From Hormiphora californensis (taxonomy: Eukaryota > Animalia > Ctenophora): 64,000 bases of DNA. The notes below the pieces were generated by a model, which had not been told where the DNA came from, did no database searches, and was given only the letters and a program-made list of their open reading frames with translations. The first letter of the stretch is position 1. Every line of letters begins with the position of its first letter. Both the position numbers and the translations under genes were made by a program. Positions 23,099 to 38,000 of the stretch are shown here, piece after piece. The DNA lies in NCBI GenBank assembly GCA_020137815.1, contig CM035359.1, positions 4,836,001 to 4,900,000 on the forward strand, written 5' to 3'.

Positions 23099-26000
23099 TC
23101 AAGTTTTCCGACCCTCCAATGTTTCGAAACTTGTTTTTGGGCATTTTCGCGTAATTACATTTTCTTCTGTTCCACTGGTAGTGGTTACAGTTTTTGTACA
23201 GGCTTGGTTGCAGCACATTTTGACTGCTCGGGGAAACCTGAAACACAAGAATGACATTAATGAAGATGGGATCGAAATCGAAAGGAATGGGAAAAACGGA
23301 AACGGAAAGCCCTCCCCCACTCATTGTTATCTTCTAACCCTTACATTTGTAAAGAGGGTCGAGCAAGGCAACATTGACACTGCATCACTCAGTAACATCA
23401 CCAAATATGGAAAAACAAACTAAATCACTTACCCCGGGCATTCGCTGCTTTTCATTCCATCCCGGTCCCTGGTACACATCCTGAATCGGAGCTGAAGTCC
23501 CTTACCACAGTCCCGGTTACAGGGTGACCACGGTGACCACTCAGACCAGGAGGAGAAGTTGTCCTGGTAATCCTCCATCGCCCATCCCGGATCATCTGAA
23601 GGGGGAGGGGTGTTGTGGGGTTGTGGGTGTCTATAGAACCGAGATGGGCTATCTAGGGTGAATGTGGGGGTTGGTTACGAAGTCACCCATTTACACACAG
23701 GGCCGTTTACGTGCGGGGAGGGGTAATTTCATTACCAAATGTGGGGGTGTCTAGAGAGACGTGTTATAATAGTTGGGAATGGCTATGAACTTGATAGAGA
23801 ACTCCATTATATCATTTCTTTTCGATATAAAATTGTTTTACGTTCTATTAATTGTCCCGGGAAATCCACCAAACTTGTTTGGTTTTGGATCAATTGTCTA
23901 TTACTTCAAATTACACACACTAGTTTTAGGACCGCGTTTGTACTGTGCAACCGAGAGAGATTATCTTTTCCCTGCCCGGGTGAATGCCGAAGGCATTCAT
24001 CCGGATGCCTTTTTACTTTGTAAAAAGGCATAGCAGGGTTAGAATTCGAAAACGAATCGGTAGAGGGACATTTTTTGGTCACACTTTCGGTAGAGGGCAA
24101 CGGTGTAGCAACTAGAGCCGCGCGCACAGTGACGAGCTACTCCTTCATCAAACACCTCATTGACACAGTTTGATGGACGTGTGTGCGCGTGCCACTCAAC
24201 AAAACATGAATTGCTCTGCCGCGCGTTTCGCGTGTTACATACACATTTTCATCTTGCGAGTCGAGTGTGAGATGTTAGATAAGTTGGAATGTCAAAAGCT
24301 GGTTAGCAAGTGTCATGTGATTGGGAGTTAGCTAACTCTAAGCTATGTGAGAAGTATACTGACAGCTAGATCGTATGCATCTCACATTACATTATGACCA
24401 AGTCTTGATCCTGTTGGCAGTGACAATGTCACTGACATGTGAAACGGTAGGGCAGGGAAACACAGCATTATGAATACATAATGCAATAATTCTTGTTATA
24501 ATCTCGGTCGCATATGATTGAGATTTCGCTCACGCATAGCTGCTCACACATATGTCAAACGTATATAATATCACATACATATATGTAATATCAAATATAT
24601 CTGATCCTCACCAACAAAAAAACCCGGGTAAAGCGAGGTTTGACTGTAAAAAAATCACTCCGTACAAAAAGTAAAAGCTCGAGCCGCCCGCTAAATCGAG
24701 GTCAATGCGAAGGGGGGGTCATGACCTAACTAGTTGGACGCCATGCTAAAATGCTTGCTAACTGGTGACCCACTATGTACCCACCCTCTCAAGAAAATTC
24801 CCAGTTAGAGGTCCACCCTAACTGGTTGTGTTATAGGGGGTACCCTAAATCGACTAAATTTATATAAAAATTGCAAAAATCATGAAAAATTTTGAAATCG
24901 AGGGCGATGAAAGTCGAATTTGACCCAATTTAGGCCTTAATTGGGCCCTAATTGGTCAATTTATTACCACCATCTGGGTACTACCCACCCCTAACTGGCA
25001 TGGCTTCGAACCACTAGGTCATGACCCCCCCCCCCCCCCCCCCCCGGGACCATGTATGCATTTAAAATCTCAACGGTTCAATTTCGCACCCCTATCCGAG
25101 AAGCTCTAAAAGTGTGGGGAGATTTAGAAATATTGTATTGTTCATACTATTATTTTTTATTTTATAAAATATCGTGCCCCAGGGGCGCGGGGGAGGTGCA
25201 ACAGCACAATAGAAATATGGAGCCACAATACCCTAAGCTAAGGTATTGTGACACAAAATATATACTATTATGCGGTACGTCTTCGGCCATATCTGTCTTT
25301 GAAGTTTTTTTTGTTATTTTTCCTTAGTGCCTTTGCATTGATGACGGACCTCTTTTACTGCGTGCTGTGTATTTCAATCACTGGCGTGTTTTCTGGTGAT
25401 CAGTGTCCGATAGTGGTCGATGGTGGATTTCTGGTAAGATCTTGCGGATACCAAGGGACAACAGGAGCTGGAGGAGCAGACATCCTAATGACCTGCCTAA
25501 ACTCTACCGCTACGTATCACAAGGTTTTTAAATTTGATAAGTTTGCAAGATCCTCAAAAGCATACGTAACATCCTTGTGTCCTAACGATTCTATCGAGTA
25601 TCAGGCGTGTGGAAATCACTGTCGTACCTCATCTGGTTGTGAGCTCTTCCAAACGCCCCCCGTTTGTGGAAAATTGTGCTATGAGCATGATATGGACATG
25701 TACAGGATTCACACGACATCACAGACCTGCCGAAGTTCTCAAACCAGTGTAGGGTTCAATATTCGTACTAGTGAGGGTGAGAGCTTAGAGATACGGATAA
25801 AGGAGGGAGGATTGTGTGACGGTGTTTGCGATGACGTAGAGCTGAGTGGGGACAGGGCGACAATGTTATTAATATGTGTAGATGAGAGTTTTTGTAACGG
25901 ATATAAGTATGGTGTCGTGGATAAGAAAGACGCTGAATATCGCTTCCTGCCATTTAACAATGATTTTGCCAACGTCCCCTTGTTACAAAATACTTCTACA

Positions 26001-29000
26001 GATAGCACTTCAAACACTGCAAACAACTCATGCGTTAGCCATACACACGAGTACAAGTTTCCACTTTATAACGCATCGCGTTGCTTCATCCCTCTATCAG
26101 TACCCCCGGGTCAAATTAACGGAATTTCTACGGAATTTCTACGGAATTTGTACGGATCTTACTGCAATAACGGGATGGACCAGACAAACTGTTCGGATCC
26201 AGATAAGGTGGCCGGTTCGTGCTTTATCCACGGATATCTCTCTACAGTTTCCATATACATTCTCTGTCAGGAGACGGGAACATTGTGTGATGACGACATG
26301 CACAAAAAGTGCCCTACCATAAACCGGCACTGCACCATTCATAAGCATCAGTTATGCAATGGACACAATGACTGCGCTATGGGGGCGGATGAAAGGAAGG
26401 AGACTTGTTTAAAACTCACACAACGATCGTGTGTTCGTAGTTTTAGCCAAAACCAGGGGCTACTTAAGATTCCAGTTGACTGGGTCCAGGATGGAGTGGT
26501 AGACTGTCTTGGTGGGGAAGATGAAAAGACTAACTGGAAAACGTGCGGCGAAGGCATCAGGAGGACAATAAAATATTCAACTAAGAAATGTAGCAATGTC
26601 TTCCTTTGCAAAAGTAATAAGTCAAACTTTGTAGAGGCCGCTTTTTTATGCTCCTTTGCCTCAAAATGTGATGAAGGAGTCTGTCCCATGGCTAAAAGTA
26701 GACCGCAAATAACAAAGAAATTGTTAGGCACAAGAACGGCAATAGGAAAAACACTCAGAAGTGCAGTTTGCTTGAAAGGCTTTGCAACTTTTCGTCTGCT
26801 AACCGGCCAAAGTTGTCAATCCAACACTTTCAACCACCCATTTCATCGGTTCTTTGGGAAAAATTTTACAACAGACCTAGTTCTTCCAAATATGAAGTAC
26901 GATTGTGGGTACTTGTACGGTGAAGCATATGTGTTTTACAGCTGTTCAGGACTTTGTTACAACACACCGTGTCCCTTGAAAAGACCGGTTCTTCATTTCA
27001 CTTGTAGCAACCTCAGAAACACCTTTTATTCTCTCAACTTACATCTTGGCTCAATTACTGTTGTACAAAAGTCTCGTGAACGGTTCCACAATAACTTTTT
27101 CGTTTGTAAAAACACAAAATGCATCCCGTTTGAGAAAGTGTGTGATCTTGTTGATGACTGTTTGGATAGGTCTGATGAAGAGGAATGTATGAACCATTTT
27201 CAGTGCACTGATAAATCTGGTTTCCTAGCTTTGAGCCAAAAATGCGACGGGAACTTCGATTGCAAGGACATATCTGATGAATGCAATGAGAGTTGTAAAA
27301 GAAAAGCCGTAAAAAGCAATTATATTTTAGGAATTGCATTTGTCATGGGAGTTGCAGGTGTAGTCTTTGCAATTGGAAGTCTAATCAAAGGCTTTGGGAA
27401 CATACAAAAAGCAGAAAAGAGTGGCGAGTTAATCAATCAATCCATGGTCTTGACGATTTCATTCGGAGATCTACTGACTTCTGTTTATCTTCTTAGCCTC
27501 ACTACAATCCACTGGATCCAAGGTTCTGGCTTCTGTGAACATCAAATTGAATGGATAAGTGGAGTCCCTTGTACCGTGATTGGGGTTTTGAATAGCATTG
27601 GATCATCCATTTCTTCACTTGTGATGGCCTTTGTCAGCTGCTTCCGACTCCATGGTACAGTTATGGCCCTTCGATACCGCCGTTCAAGTGAGGTTACTAT
27701 GAAGCTGAAGATACAATTAGGCGTACTACTCGGAGGAGTCGCATTATTATCACTAACAATGTCTACACTCCCACTGTTAGATACTTTCGATAATTGGTTT
27801 GTCAATGGACTTGTATTTGATAAGGATATCAAGCTATTTGTTGGTGTGATGGAAAAAAGTCAACTACTGAAGATTGTTCGGGGTTACCATGGAAGTAATA
27901 AAATCACACAGTCTGGCAATACTGTTTCTTGGAACACATTCCAAGAAATGATCTCTGAGATGTTTTCCCGGGATTATGCTCCAGTAAGGGGCAAAAAGCT
28001 GTCATTTTACGGCAACGACCCAGTGTGCATGTTTAAGGCATTTGTCCTTCCGGATGACCCCCAAGTGGTTTACGTTTGGTTTACCCTTGGCATATATTTT
28101 CTCTGCTTTGTATGTGTAGCGATATGCCATGGGATGATTGCAGTTCTCGCCAAAAGGTCACTAGTCCAAAATAACAAGAGATCCAACTCGCTCAGTCGCA
28201 AGGTCTCTTTGATCTGTCTAACTGATTTCTGCTGCTGGATGCCCTTCCTGATCTGCTGCGTCCTCCACACAGCTGAGGTTACGGATATGTCACCGTGGTA
28301 CCAGATCTTCTCCCTTAACATTCTCCCCCTCAACTCAGTACTGAATCCCGTTTTGTACAGTGATATATTTACTACCATTTTAGTCGCTCCCAAAGCCGCT
28401 GCTAAAGCCGCTCCTGAAGCCGCTCCTAAAGCCACTGCTGAAGTCGCTCCTAATGACGCTACTGAAGTCGCTCTTGAAGCCGCTCCTGAAGCCGCTCCTG
28501 AAACCACTCCTAAAGCTGCTCCTGAAGCCGCTGCTGAAGTCGCTCCTAATGACGCTACTGAAGTCGCTCTTGAAGCCGCTCCTGAAGCCGCTCCTGAAGC
28601 CGCTCCTGAAACCACTCCTAAAGCTGCTCCTGAAGCCGCTCCTGAAGTCGTTCCTAAAGCCGTTCCTAAAGCCGCGCCTGAAGCCGCTACTGAAGCCACT
28701 CCTAAAGTCGCTGCTGAAGCCGCTCCTAAAATCGCTCCTAAAGCCGCTCCTGAAGTCGTTCCTAAAGTCGTTCCTAAAGCCGTTCCTAAAGCCGCGCCTG
28801 AAGCCGCTACTGAAGCCACTCCTAAAGTCGCTGCTGAAGCCGCTCCTAAAATCGCTCCTAAAGCCGCTCCTGAAGTCGTTCCTAAAGTCGTTCCTATAAC
28901 CGCTGCTATAGTCACTCCTGAAGCCGCTCCTGAAGTCGCTCCTGAAGCGGCTCCTAAAGCCGCTGCTGAAGCCGCTCCTGAAGTATGAAGTATGCTGCGA

Positions 29001-32000
29001 GGGACAGTCGTTCTTTTATTTGCATAGACAACTTTTGAGATAGAAATTGTCTGAATGCTGTTTTAATGCTCTTTCATGATTGTATGTATTAGCAAAAACA
29101 GTTATTGAAATATTTCATTTCATTTTTAGCTGAAAATTTTTGTCCTTTGCCAAAGTTTAGCAATCGAAGTATAAATCTCACGTTATTTCTAAACACTTGC
29201 TGTCTCACATTACACCTCGGTCACACTCAAATTAGAAAGGTTGTTTTAGTTTGTAGATAGGTTGTTTTAGTTTTAGGGATGATGGGTTGAGTGGGAGAAA
29301 TTGGAGTAAAACCCAAACTACTTAGTAGGAAGATCATGTCGAGTTCTAGCTAAAAACAATTTTCAAGTCTCTATCTCATCAGGGAATGGATGACCGTGGG
29401 AAATTTCACAAAACCCAAGTGAGGGTCTTTTTAGTTTGGAGTTTACAGAAATAACTATAAACTAAAGAACTAACCGTTAAGAGCAGTTGGATTAACATCG
29501 TTACCCCACGATCCCATTGTCGGTTCGACCTCCTTCTTCCCCGCCTCCCACTTCTCCTTGTCCCAACTGCATACCATGATCTTGTGGGTCTTAGTGACCT
29601 GGCATGGGGGGATTGTCATGTTTTAGTAGGGGATGTGTTGTTGAGAGAGAAAAATTGGGTAGCACCTCCTTTCCAGAGAACAATTGGGTGGTATGCCCAT
29701 ATATTTGGTAATGTCACATACCGGCATGCCCATATTTGTTAATGTCACATACCGGCATGCCCATATTTGGTAATGTCACATACCGGCATGCCCATATTTG
29801 GTAATGTCACATACCGGCATGCCCATATTTGGTAACGTCACATACCGGCATGGAGCAGATGGTCCAGTCAACTCCGTTTTGTTTACACGCAAAGCTCTTC
29901 ATTTCCCGTACAGTAATGTTAGTGTACCGGGTACCGTACTTGCATTGTTTCTCTGCAGAAGTTATGTTATTACTGTTTCTCTGAAATGGCAGGTGGTTTT
30001 TGGTGTGGGAAACACAACTCAATACCTACCTAAATGGTTGGTGCACTGGTAAAGTGTGTTAGCACCAATGATATCGTAATCAGAAAGATAGCGTCTCTGT
30101 CCCATATCAGCAGGATTCTCTGGTAGTTTCTTCACCTTCAGAGTTGAGAGACCTAAGGAGAGGACACACGTTTAAGGGTGTTGATTTTTAACATGTTGAG
30201 CCAAATTACAAACTTTTTTCCTATTTTCACCATCTAGTTTTTACCCGACCGATTGAAAAAAGGTCAGGTACAAACTTAAGGTATTGCTACACTAGCCTGG
30301 TTTCAGTCTGAAATCGTAAGGTCCGTAGTGGGTGATTGACAGATAGTCGTAAGGGATTCCCCTCGGATCTATCTCATCCTCGGAATATTTAGCGAACTGT
30401 TCCCGTTTGTCATCTCTAATGTTTTCCCACAGAACATCCACATACTCGTCCCTATCTGGACGACTTTGTTCGTGGAAGAAACCTGCAGTTTTGTTTGAGA
30501 GATTGTTAGTTTGTTGGTGAGAGAGGGCAAGCAATGTTTTCATGATATTAACCAGGAACCGACCGAATCAGGAAATACTGGTCCCTGATTGGCTGACAAC
30601 CAGTCACGTGACCTAAATAACGAGTTCTGATTGGTTGTTTACTTAATTCGGTCGGTTCATGATATTAACCGTGCGGGAGATAGGGCTAACAAACGCTCTA
30701 GATAATCCGCCAGAAAGCCCCGATTCAATGTTAACCCTTTCTCTCCCTTACTACTCAGCTTGATTGGTAGTGGTGGGGGCACAGTTTATCAACAACATCA
30801 ACAACTTACCAATAACATGAGCAAGTTCGTGTAAAGCGAATCCAGGAGTACCGCACCCCTTCCCTAAGGAGAGTGTCTGTTCTCCCTCACCCTGTCCTAT
30901 CGTGGCGTAGCACCTGACAAGAAGAAACAGGTGAAATTAGGAGGGGGCTACCAAGAAATAGGTGAAATTAGGAGGGGGCTACCAAGAAATAGGTGAAATT
31001 AGGAGGGGGCTACCAACAAATAGGTGAAATTAGGAGGGGCTACCAAGAAATAGGTGAAATTAGGGGCGCTACCAACAAATATAGGTGAAATTAGGAGGGG
31101 GCTACCAACAAATAGGTGTAGTTAGGGGCTACCAACAAATAGGTGAAATTAGGAGGGGGCTACCAAGAAATAGGTGAAATTAGGGGCGCTACCAAGAAAT
31201 AGGTTAAATTAGGAGGGCGCTACCAAGAAATAGGTGAAGTTAGGCGCTACCAACAAATAGGTGAAATTAGGAGGGCGCTACCAAGAAATAGGTGAAGTTA
31301 GGGCCGCAACCAACAATTCGATCTGGCTTAGATAAACAATGGACTACTTTGCCCCTGGATTAAAGTGCTGATCAGGAATTAATTGCTAACTAGTTAATAA
31401 CTGTTAATTAGTTAATTAGTAACTAATCATATAGTACCTGATTAGTCAACCACTGAACATGTAACACTACCACTAACATGTTACACTAACACTAACATGT
31501 AACACTAACATGTAACACTACCACTAACATGTAACACTAACCCTTTATCGCTAGTAAACCGAACATAATTCGCATCATTCGGGGTCCTCCTCCTAAATTG
31601 AATACACGTGTTCTTCTCCCAGGTTCGCATAGCACTCTCAAGAGCATGAAGCTTTCTCAAACCTGGAGAAAGAGATGAGTTGGGAGTATTAGAACGTGTT
31701 ACCCCCACTGTATGAGGTGGAGGAGGGTTGCATGGAAATGAAATGCTGAAATGAATGATACAGTGGATGAATGTGACAACTGTGAGCTTTTGCCTAGTTT
31801 GTACCCTATCCTTAGTGAAACAGAAAGAGAAGGAGGGTCGAGTACAAACTAGGCAAGTATTTGAGCACAACCCGCCCCTCTGTGTTTGCGTGCGAAATTT
31901 TGAAGGGGGGGGGGGCTGTTACGCATTCAAGGCAAGTGTTCTTTGTTCTAGAACAGAATGAATCCAAATTTAGAGAATCTTCGTTCATGTCACGCGATCA

Positions 32001-35000
32001 GAAATTAAGATTTCGCGATACTGTGACTCAATTGAAAGAAACAGCCAAACAGTATTCGATTGTTTTCACCTCACAAAAGACAGGCCTCTCCGAACCGGGC
32101 TGTGAGCACGAAGTTACAGTCATGTAGTATAACAGTATATTTTCTGATAAATAAACTTTTTAATAAAGTTAAAAACATCACAACATAATAAAGGGTCACT
32201 GTCTTCACTCTTCAAGCACACACAATAACACCAGCAATTCACAAACTTCCTCTTATAATATGCAATATATAAAGCTTGCCTGCCCACCGCACCCCAAATT
32301 TAAAGGAGGGTCAGAACATATAATAATAACTTAATATAAAGATGCTAGATCTATAAATTTCAATGTAGTGTTTAGATTAACTCTGCACACCTTACAGAAC
32401 AAAAATACATATACTATTCCTTCACAACCACCGCTTTAATTTTATCGGGTGGATTCTCAAGATCTAATTTACTTTGAATCAACTTGAGTTCCTTCTCAAA
32501 ACTATTCGGCTCACAAATATCCCTGAAAGACTCAAAAGTTCTCGCCAGAACGGCGTACGTCGTGTTCACAGTTTTCTCCATTACCATCTTAGGGTTGTCT
32601 GGGAGTTTGTGTGACCAAATAAGGAAGGCTGCTGCGAACACATCCCCCGACCCGGTGAAGGATGAGGGGATTTTGGGAATGCTCACTTTGACTCTTGTAG
32701 CACCACGCTTGAAACTCCCCATTGAAACCTGGGCGGGTTCAAATGTTAGTAAGGGGTAGGGTTTGAGCAAAACAAGAGTAGGGAGGTTATTGTTTTGTTC
32801 AGACCGGAGAGAGAGGGTCTTGAACAAAGCAAGGATGTTATTAACGGTGTGAGAAAGAGATAATAGGGATGGGTAGATTAGATTATTGAATGACGTAATA
32901 AAGCGAGATGTTTTGTGTTTCCTCTGTGCAGCATATTTCCCCTTTCTTGGTAATAGTCCCATGTCCCTAGAAGCGATATGTTCTAGAACGTTTTCTGTAA
33001 TTTTCCCCAGGGGAAGCTCTTATCAGTCAGAAATGTGTCATTTAAGCAGAGTACTGATATATCATAATAAGGTAAGGGCAATTGAATTATATCAAAAACG
33101 ATAAATCATTATTCTTACAATTTCGTTGCTCGATGAACCAATCTCTCCACTCGTTATAACGACTGTCTCTGCCTTTCCTCGGCTATGCAGCCAGTCACAC
33201 ACCTATAGAAGAAGTGTTATTGTTAGAGAAGGAACGAAGTCCGGAGAGATTTTAAATATAAGAGTGTAAACAAATTAACAAGCACGTACAATTTACATCC
33301 ACTGCCTCACTAACACGCCTCACTAACACTGACTAACCTTCCACCCATCTTCTTCAGTGGCTATGGTGTGCCCTGAAAGTTGTTCTGCTTCAAACTGGTT
33401 CGGTAGTAGAACATCAGCAATAGGGACTATTGTGTTCCGGTACACCGAGAGAAGTTCCTGAAATATATATTGATGGTCAAATGAATAGACTGTATTTTAT
33501 AGTCAAGTAATGTACGCACCTCGGGCACGTAAAAGTGTCCATTATCCCCCATGACAGGGTCGCAGTAGTACTTGATAGACGGGTTCTTTTCTCGGAGATC
33601 CCGTACTGTTCGTGCCAACGTTTCCAGGAAGGAGGGATCGCCGACATAACCTTCAGGGATGTGAAATGTTTGTAAAACTTTTCTATAATTTAATAAGGAG
33701 GAATTTAAAGTAAGTATTCAAACCTGTAGTCACGTAGTTATAGTGGTTAACTTTGTTTGATTTGAGAGCCTCGTACAGTTCGGTAACATCGTTAGCCTTC
33801 AGGATCTGCCCCTTTACGTTCGGGTATTGGGTGTGGTTACTAAGCTGAACTGAGTTGATTGCGTCCACCTAAAGATCAAATTAAATTTAAATCAATTAAA
33901 AAACGGAATAATTGGTTTTATCCCATATAGGAATTGAAAATACATATGTTGACTGATGACTCAGATTAAAATATCAGACTGACCTGAAATCCGTGAAGGT
34001 GTAATGGGAACACGGACGATTTGTTGCCCACGTAACCGCACACAACATGACTTTGGATTGACAATATCCGAGGTGTCTCTTCCATTTTTGCCATATCTAT
34101 CAATCGGGTAGTTAACATAAAGTGTCTGGGCAAAGGTGAAAAACACTGTCCCGGAGTCCGCGAAAAGTGCAAAGCTGCTCACTACTTTGTTCACACATAG
34201 ACCGGAAATTCCCCTTTAATCGCTTGCGTTTTATACCACCGCAGTTACATTACACAGTCGTGCGGTAACCAGTCTTTTAACCACATTTGCCAAGGGAAAA
34301 AAAGTAAAAATCCGAAAAAAACACGAAAAATCGCGAGGATTTTTAAATTTTATTTTTTCGAAGCGACGATCGAACGCGCGCGACCAAAATGATCAATTTA
34401 GCGCGGCTTTGTATTTGCGCGTGCTAATTGACCAGGCTGAATTTCCCGTCAAAATTCCACCTGTCTGGCGCCGCCGACCCCATTTGTCATCTGAACCCAC
34501 TCAACACTGTCAAATCGGCGACAGACGGTCCCCATGCGTCCGTGTCCGGGCCAAGGTTGGGCACATCACGCAATTTAATCCCCTGTACGTACCGCGCGAC
34601 TTCCGACGCCGTTGGCACTGGCAGCTTCTCTGCCAACTGCCAAGCTAAAGTGGATTGTGGAATAGCTGGGGGGGGGTTTGGTGACATTGACACCTAGTGC
34701 GTGCAAGATCGAGGTGGTGCAGAACTGGGCCAGCCCTGTGTGTTTGTGTGTGCGTGTGTGTGAGAATGTGTGTTTGTGTCTGTGTCCTATCGCGAAGGTG
34801 CTTGTTTTGACGCTGAGTTCTATTAAAAGCACAGCATCTTCGCGCGCGCGTGTGTGTCGCTTTGGTGACACGCGCGCGCGTTTTCTGAGATCTGAGAGAG
34901 AAGAGCGATTGATGTTTTGAGAGTGAGTTTTTCTTTTGTCGGAGCGAAGCAACTTTCAAAAGCGTGTGTTCTCTTAGTCAACTGAACTGTAACAATCCTT

Positions 35001-38000
35001 TACCGTTACTTTTACATTCACAAAAATAAAAGACAACGTGTTTACTTTCGCCTTTACGCTCCAGCTGACGGGTACGCCCCATACGTGTCACGAAACCACC
35101 CCAAGAACGTCCCTTTCCAAACACCCCCGATTGCCGTCCTTACTTTACACCAACTGGTGAGCTTCAAAACGTTTACTGATGTCACGGAATCACGTCAGTA
35201 ATGTCAGCCTGAGCCAAGAGCCATTGTCACAGTGGGACACAATTGACCTCTTCTCGATTGCCGGTGACCAAACTCCGTTCGACCAGCGCCCACTAGAAAC
35301 ATACCTGGCAGATTTGGACATTTCACGAGTTGAGCCAGAACGGAAACCACTGACCTCGCGACATGCATTTGCGTCAAGAATCGTGTCAAGTTCTCCACAA
35401 CGAGAGCAAAGTTTCCGAATCCCTGAAGATAAGCCCAGGATACCAGAGAAAAGAATGTCACGAACTTTGGACCGATCAAGAGCTCTGAGTTGCCGAAGCA
35501 CGTCATCTAACAAACCAAACGTGCCCAGAAACCCCGTGGTAGTTCCAGCAAGTCGACCAGTAGCAGATCAACGGAACGTCCAACCAACTCAAGTCGACCA
35601 AAACAGATACAGAACCCCTCCCTCCGGAATAAAACCACCAAAGTTCAAGGAAGGGAATAGTCTGAAATCGTACCTGAAGAGATTTGAAGATTATCTGTCA
35701 ATGGCGACCGAGAACCCTCAGGATGTGCGTGGAATCCTACTTAACTGCTTAAAGTGCGATGCCACCTATGATCGGATACGCCGTCTGAAGTTCAGCCAAG
35801 AAGAAATGGCCAATCCACACAAGTTGCTACAATTCATCCGTGATGCTATCCTGAATGACGCTGCCATTGCTGAGACAAATCGTTTAGAACTGAAGGACAT
35901 TAAACAGGATGAACACGAGTCGGTATCTGACTTTGCAGAGAGAATCCATCGGGCAGCAGAGCTTGCGTTCCCAGGTGAGTCCGATGATCGTGTGAACGCA
36001 AACAAGATAGACGCTCTACAAGATGGTCTTCATGACCGTGATGTTGCTAAGGATGTCTGTGACTGGAAGAAACAGGACGTCGCTTTTGAAACTCTGGTTG
36101 CAGAAGCTGAGAGAGCAGCGACGCAGAACAAAATCTTCAAGAGAGGCGGTGCTGATTATGGAGCCACTGTTTATGCAATTCGGAGTGACGGACGAATGAG
36201 CCAAAACCAGCCTTACCAGAGAAAGAGTTGGAATCCGTGCAAGTTCTGTAAGAAGACGAACCACACGGAAGCAAACTGTAGGTTCAAGATAACTTGCCAA
36301 ATATGTGGTCAAGACCTACATGAAGCCAGAAACTGTCCCGTGCTAGCGAGCACTATCCAAACCGATGTTAACCCGATGCAGAATCAGCAGACCATGAACT
36401 TCCGACCCCAGACATTCACAACTGGTAACAGAAGACAAGCCACATCGTCAGTGCCTGGAACGAGAGAACATGATCGAGCCAACGGTCTATGCTATGTTTG
36501 TCATCAGAATGGACACCTCAGCAGAAATTGCCAGAACCGAGGATGGCAGTTAAACGAGAGAGCGGTCGGAGATCTTCACAACGCGGGCACACACCAGAAC
36601 TCCGGCCGCGCCAATTAATTGAGCGGACAGTGACCCCGGCACAGAAGAAGGAAATCGAGGAAAACAGGGTGACCACACCCGAATCTGTGCCGGTAAAATG
36701 CGTCTGGGATTCACCACGATCAGACAAGGTGTATCCTAGAGAGGAAGAAAGAGATACAGCAACATCTTTAAACAGTACACAAGCTGTAGCGGGTACCGAA
36801 GTAGCACCCGATGAGAATGATAAAGGTCTTTCCACAGCATCTGATGTGGACTCAAAGGAACTCGTAATCACTCCTAAGTCTTCCCCAAGAACAAAGAAAA
36901 CGAAAAAGGTGTTCACCAGAAAACGAGAGAAGAACCACTCACACTCTGACGTGAGCGATGAGAACCATGAAATAGCTGATAGTGCAGCAGTGATGAAGGT
37001 CGAGGGCAACAATGAGGACGATGTTATCCCTGAACCCAAGACCAAACGGAAGAAAAAGAGAAACAAGAGGAGCAAGGCAGCGAAAGTGAAAGCCCTCTCT
37101 GGAGAAGAAATACGGAAATCTCAAGAAATTATTGTAAACGGACTCATCCATGGCCCCGCATGGTGTGAGGATCAAACTAAACACCCGGTGCGCATGTTCA
37201 TCGATACAGGAAGCCAAGTTAACCTTATTGACTGGACAACTGTATGTAAGTACGGGCTAGTGTCTGAGATCCGTGAGACAAACAGAAAGTTGAGAGATTT
37301 CAGCGGAAATCGGATACCTTGCAGAGGCGCCATCTCCTTGTGTATGATAGTCGGAGGAGCCACCATTAATCTGGTCAACTTCGTGGTGTGCGAAGGAATG
37401 GATACAGATATTCTATTAGGTGACCCATTCTGTCGTAGTACAGGAGCCGCCTTGGACTATACGAACGCTGAACTAAGAGTCCCAAATGGTGAACCAGTAC
37501 CTTTCCTGCCAAGACCAAGAAGCACCAAGAAGATTCTCCAGATAAGGTGGGGAGAAACTACCACAATACCACCTCACACTATGGGGTATGTCGTAGGATC
37601 CCTGAAGGAAGATTGTCTAGGTGATACGATCGGTCTTGTCTCAACTGATTGGTCACGGAAAAATAATGGCCTACTCATTGGTGACGCAATTGCCGAAGCT
37701 ATGGAAGGAGACATTCCCATGAGAGTTTTGAACTTTAGCGAGGAGCCGATAACCCTCCGAAGGGGTGATAAAGCCGCTAAATTCCGCCCAGTGCCAGAGT
37801 ACGACCCTTATTCTAGAGTGGAATGGGAAGACCGAATCCAATTTCTCCGTGAGTCTGAGGAACCGGAAGTCGAGAAATGGACAAAGGAAGAGCTATTCGA
37901 GCGTCTAAAAGTAAAAACTGCATCCAGAAACCTCACGAAACAACAGGCTCAAGATCTACAAGACATCATTTGGGAGCACAGGGATTGTTTTGCATACGAT

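Noticed and set aside
25248-25340. GTG start for the GPCR given by the ORF track
   Set aside because: ATG 25341 gives a signal peptide and is preceded by a pyrimidine tract and AG
28070-28915. Ala/Gly-rich minus-strand ORF and LLKP-repeat ORF
   Set aside because: Shadows of the 12-bp repeat in the GPCR tail
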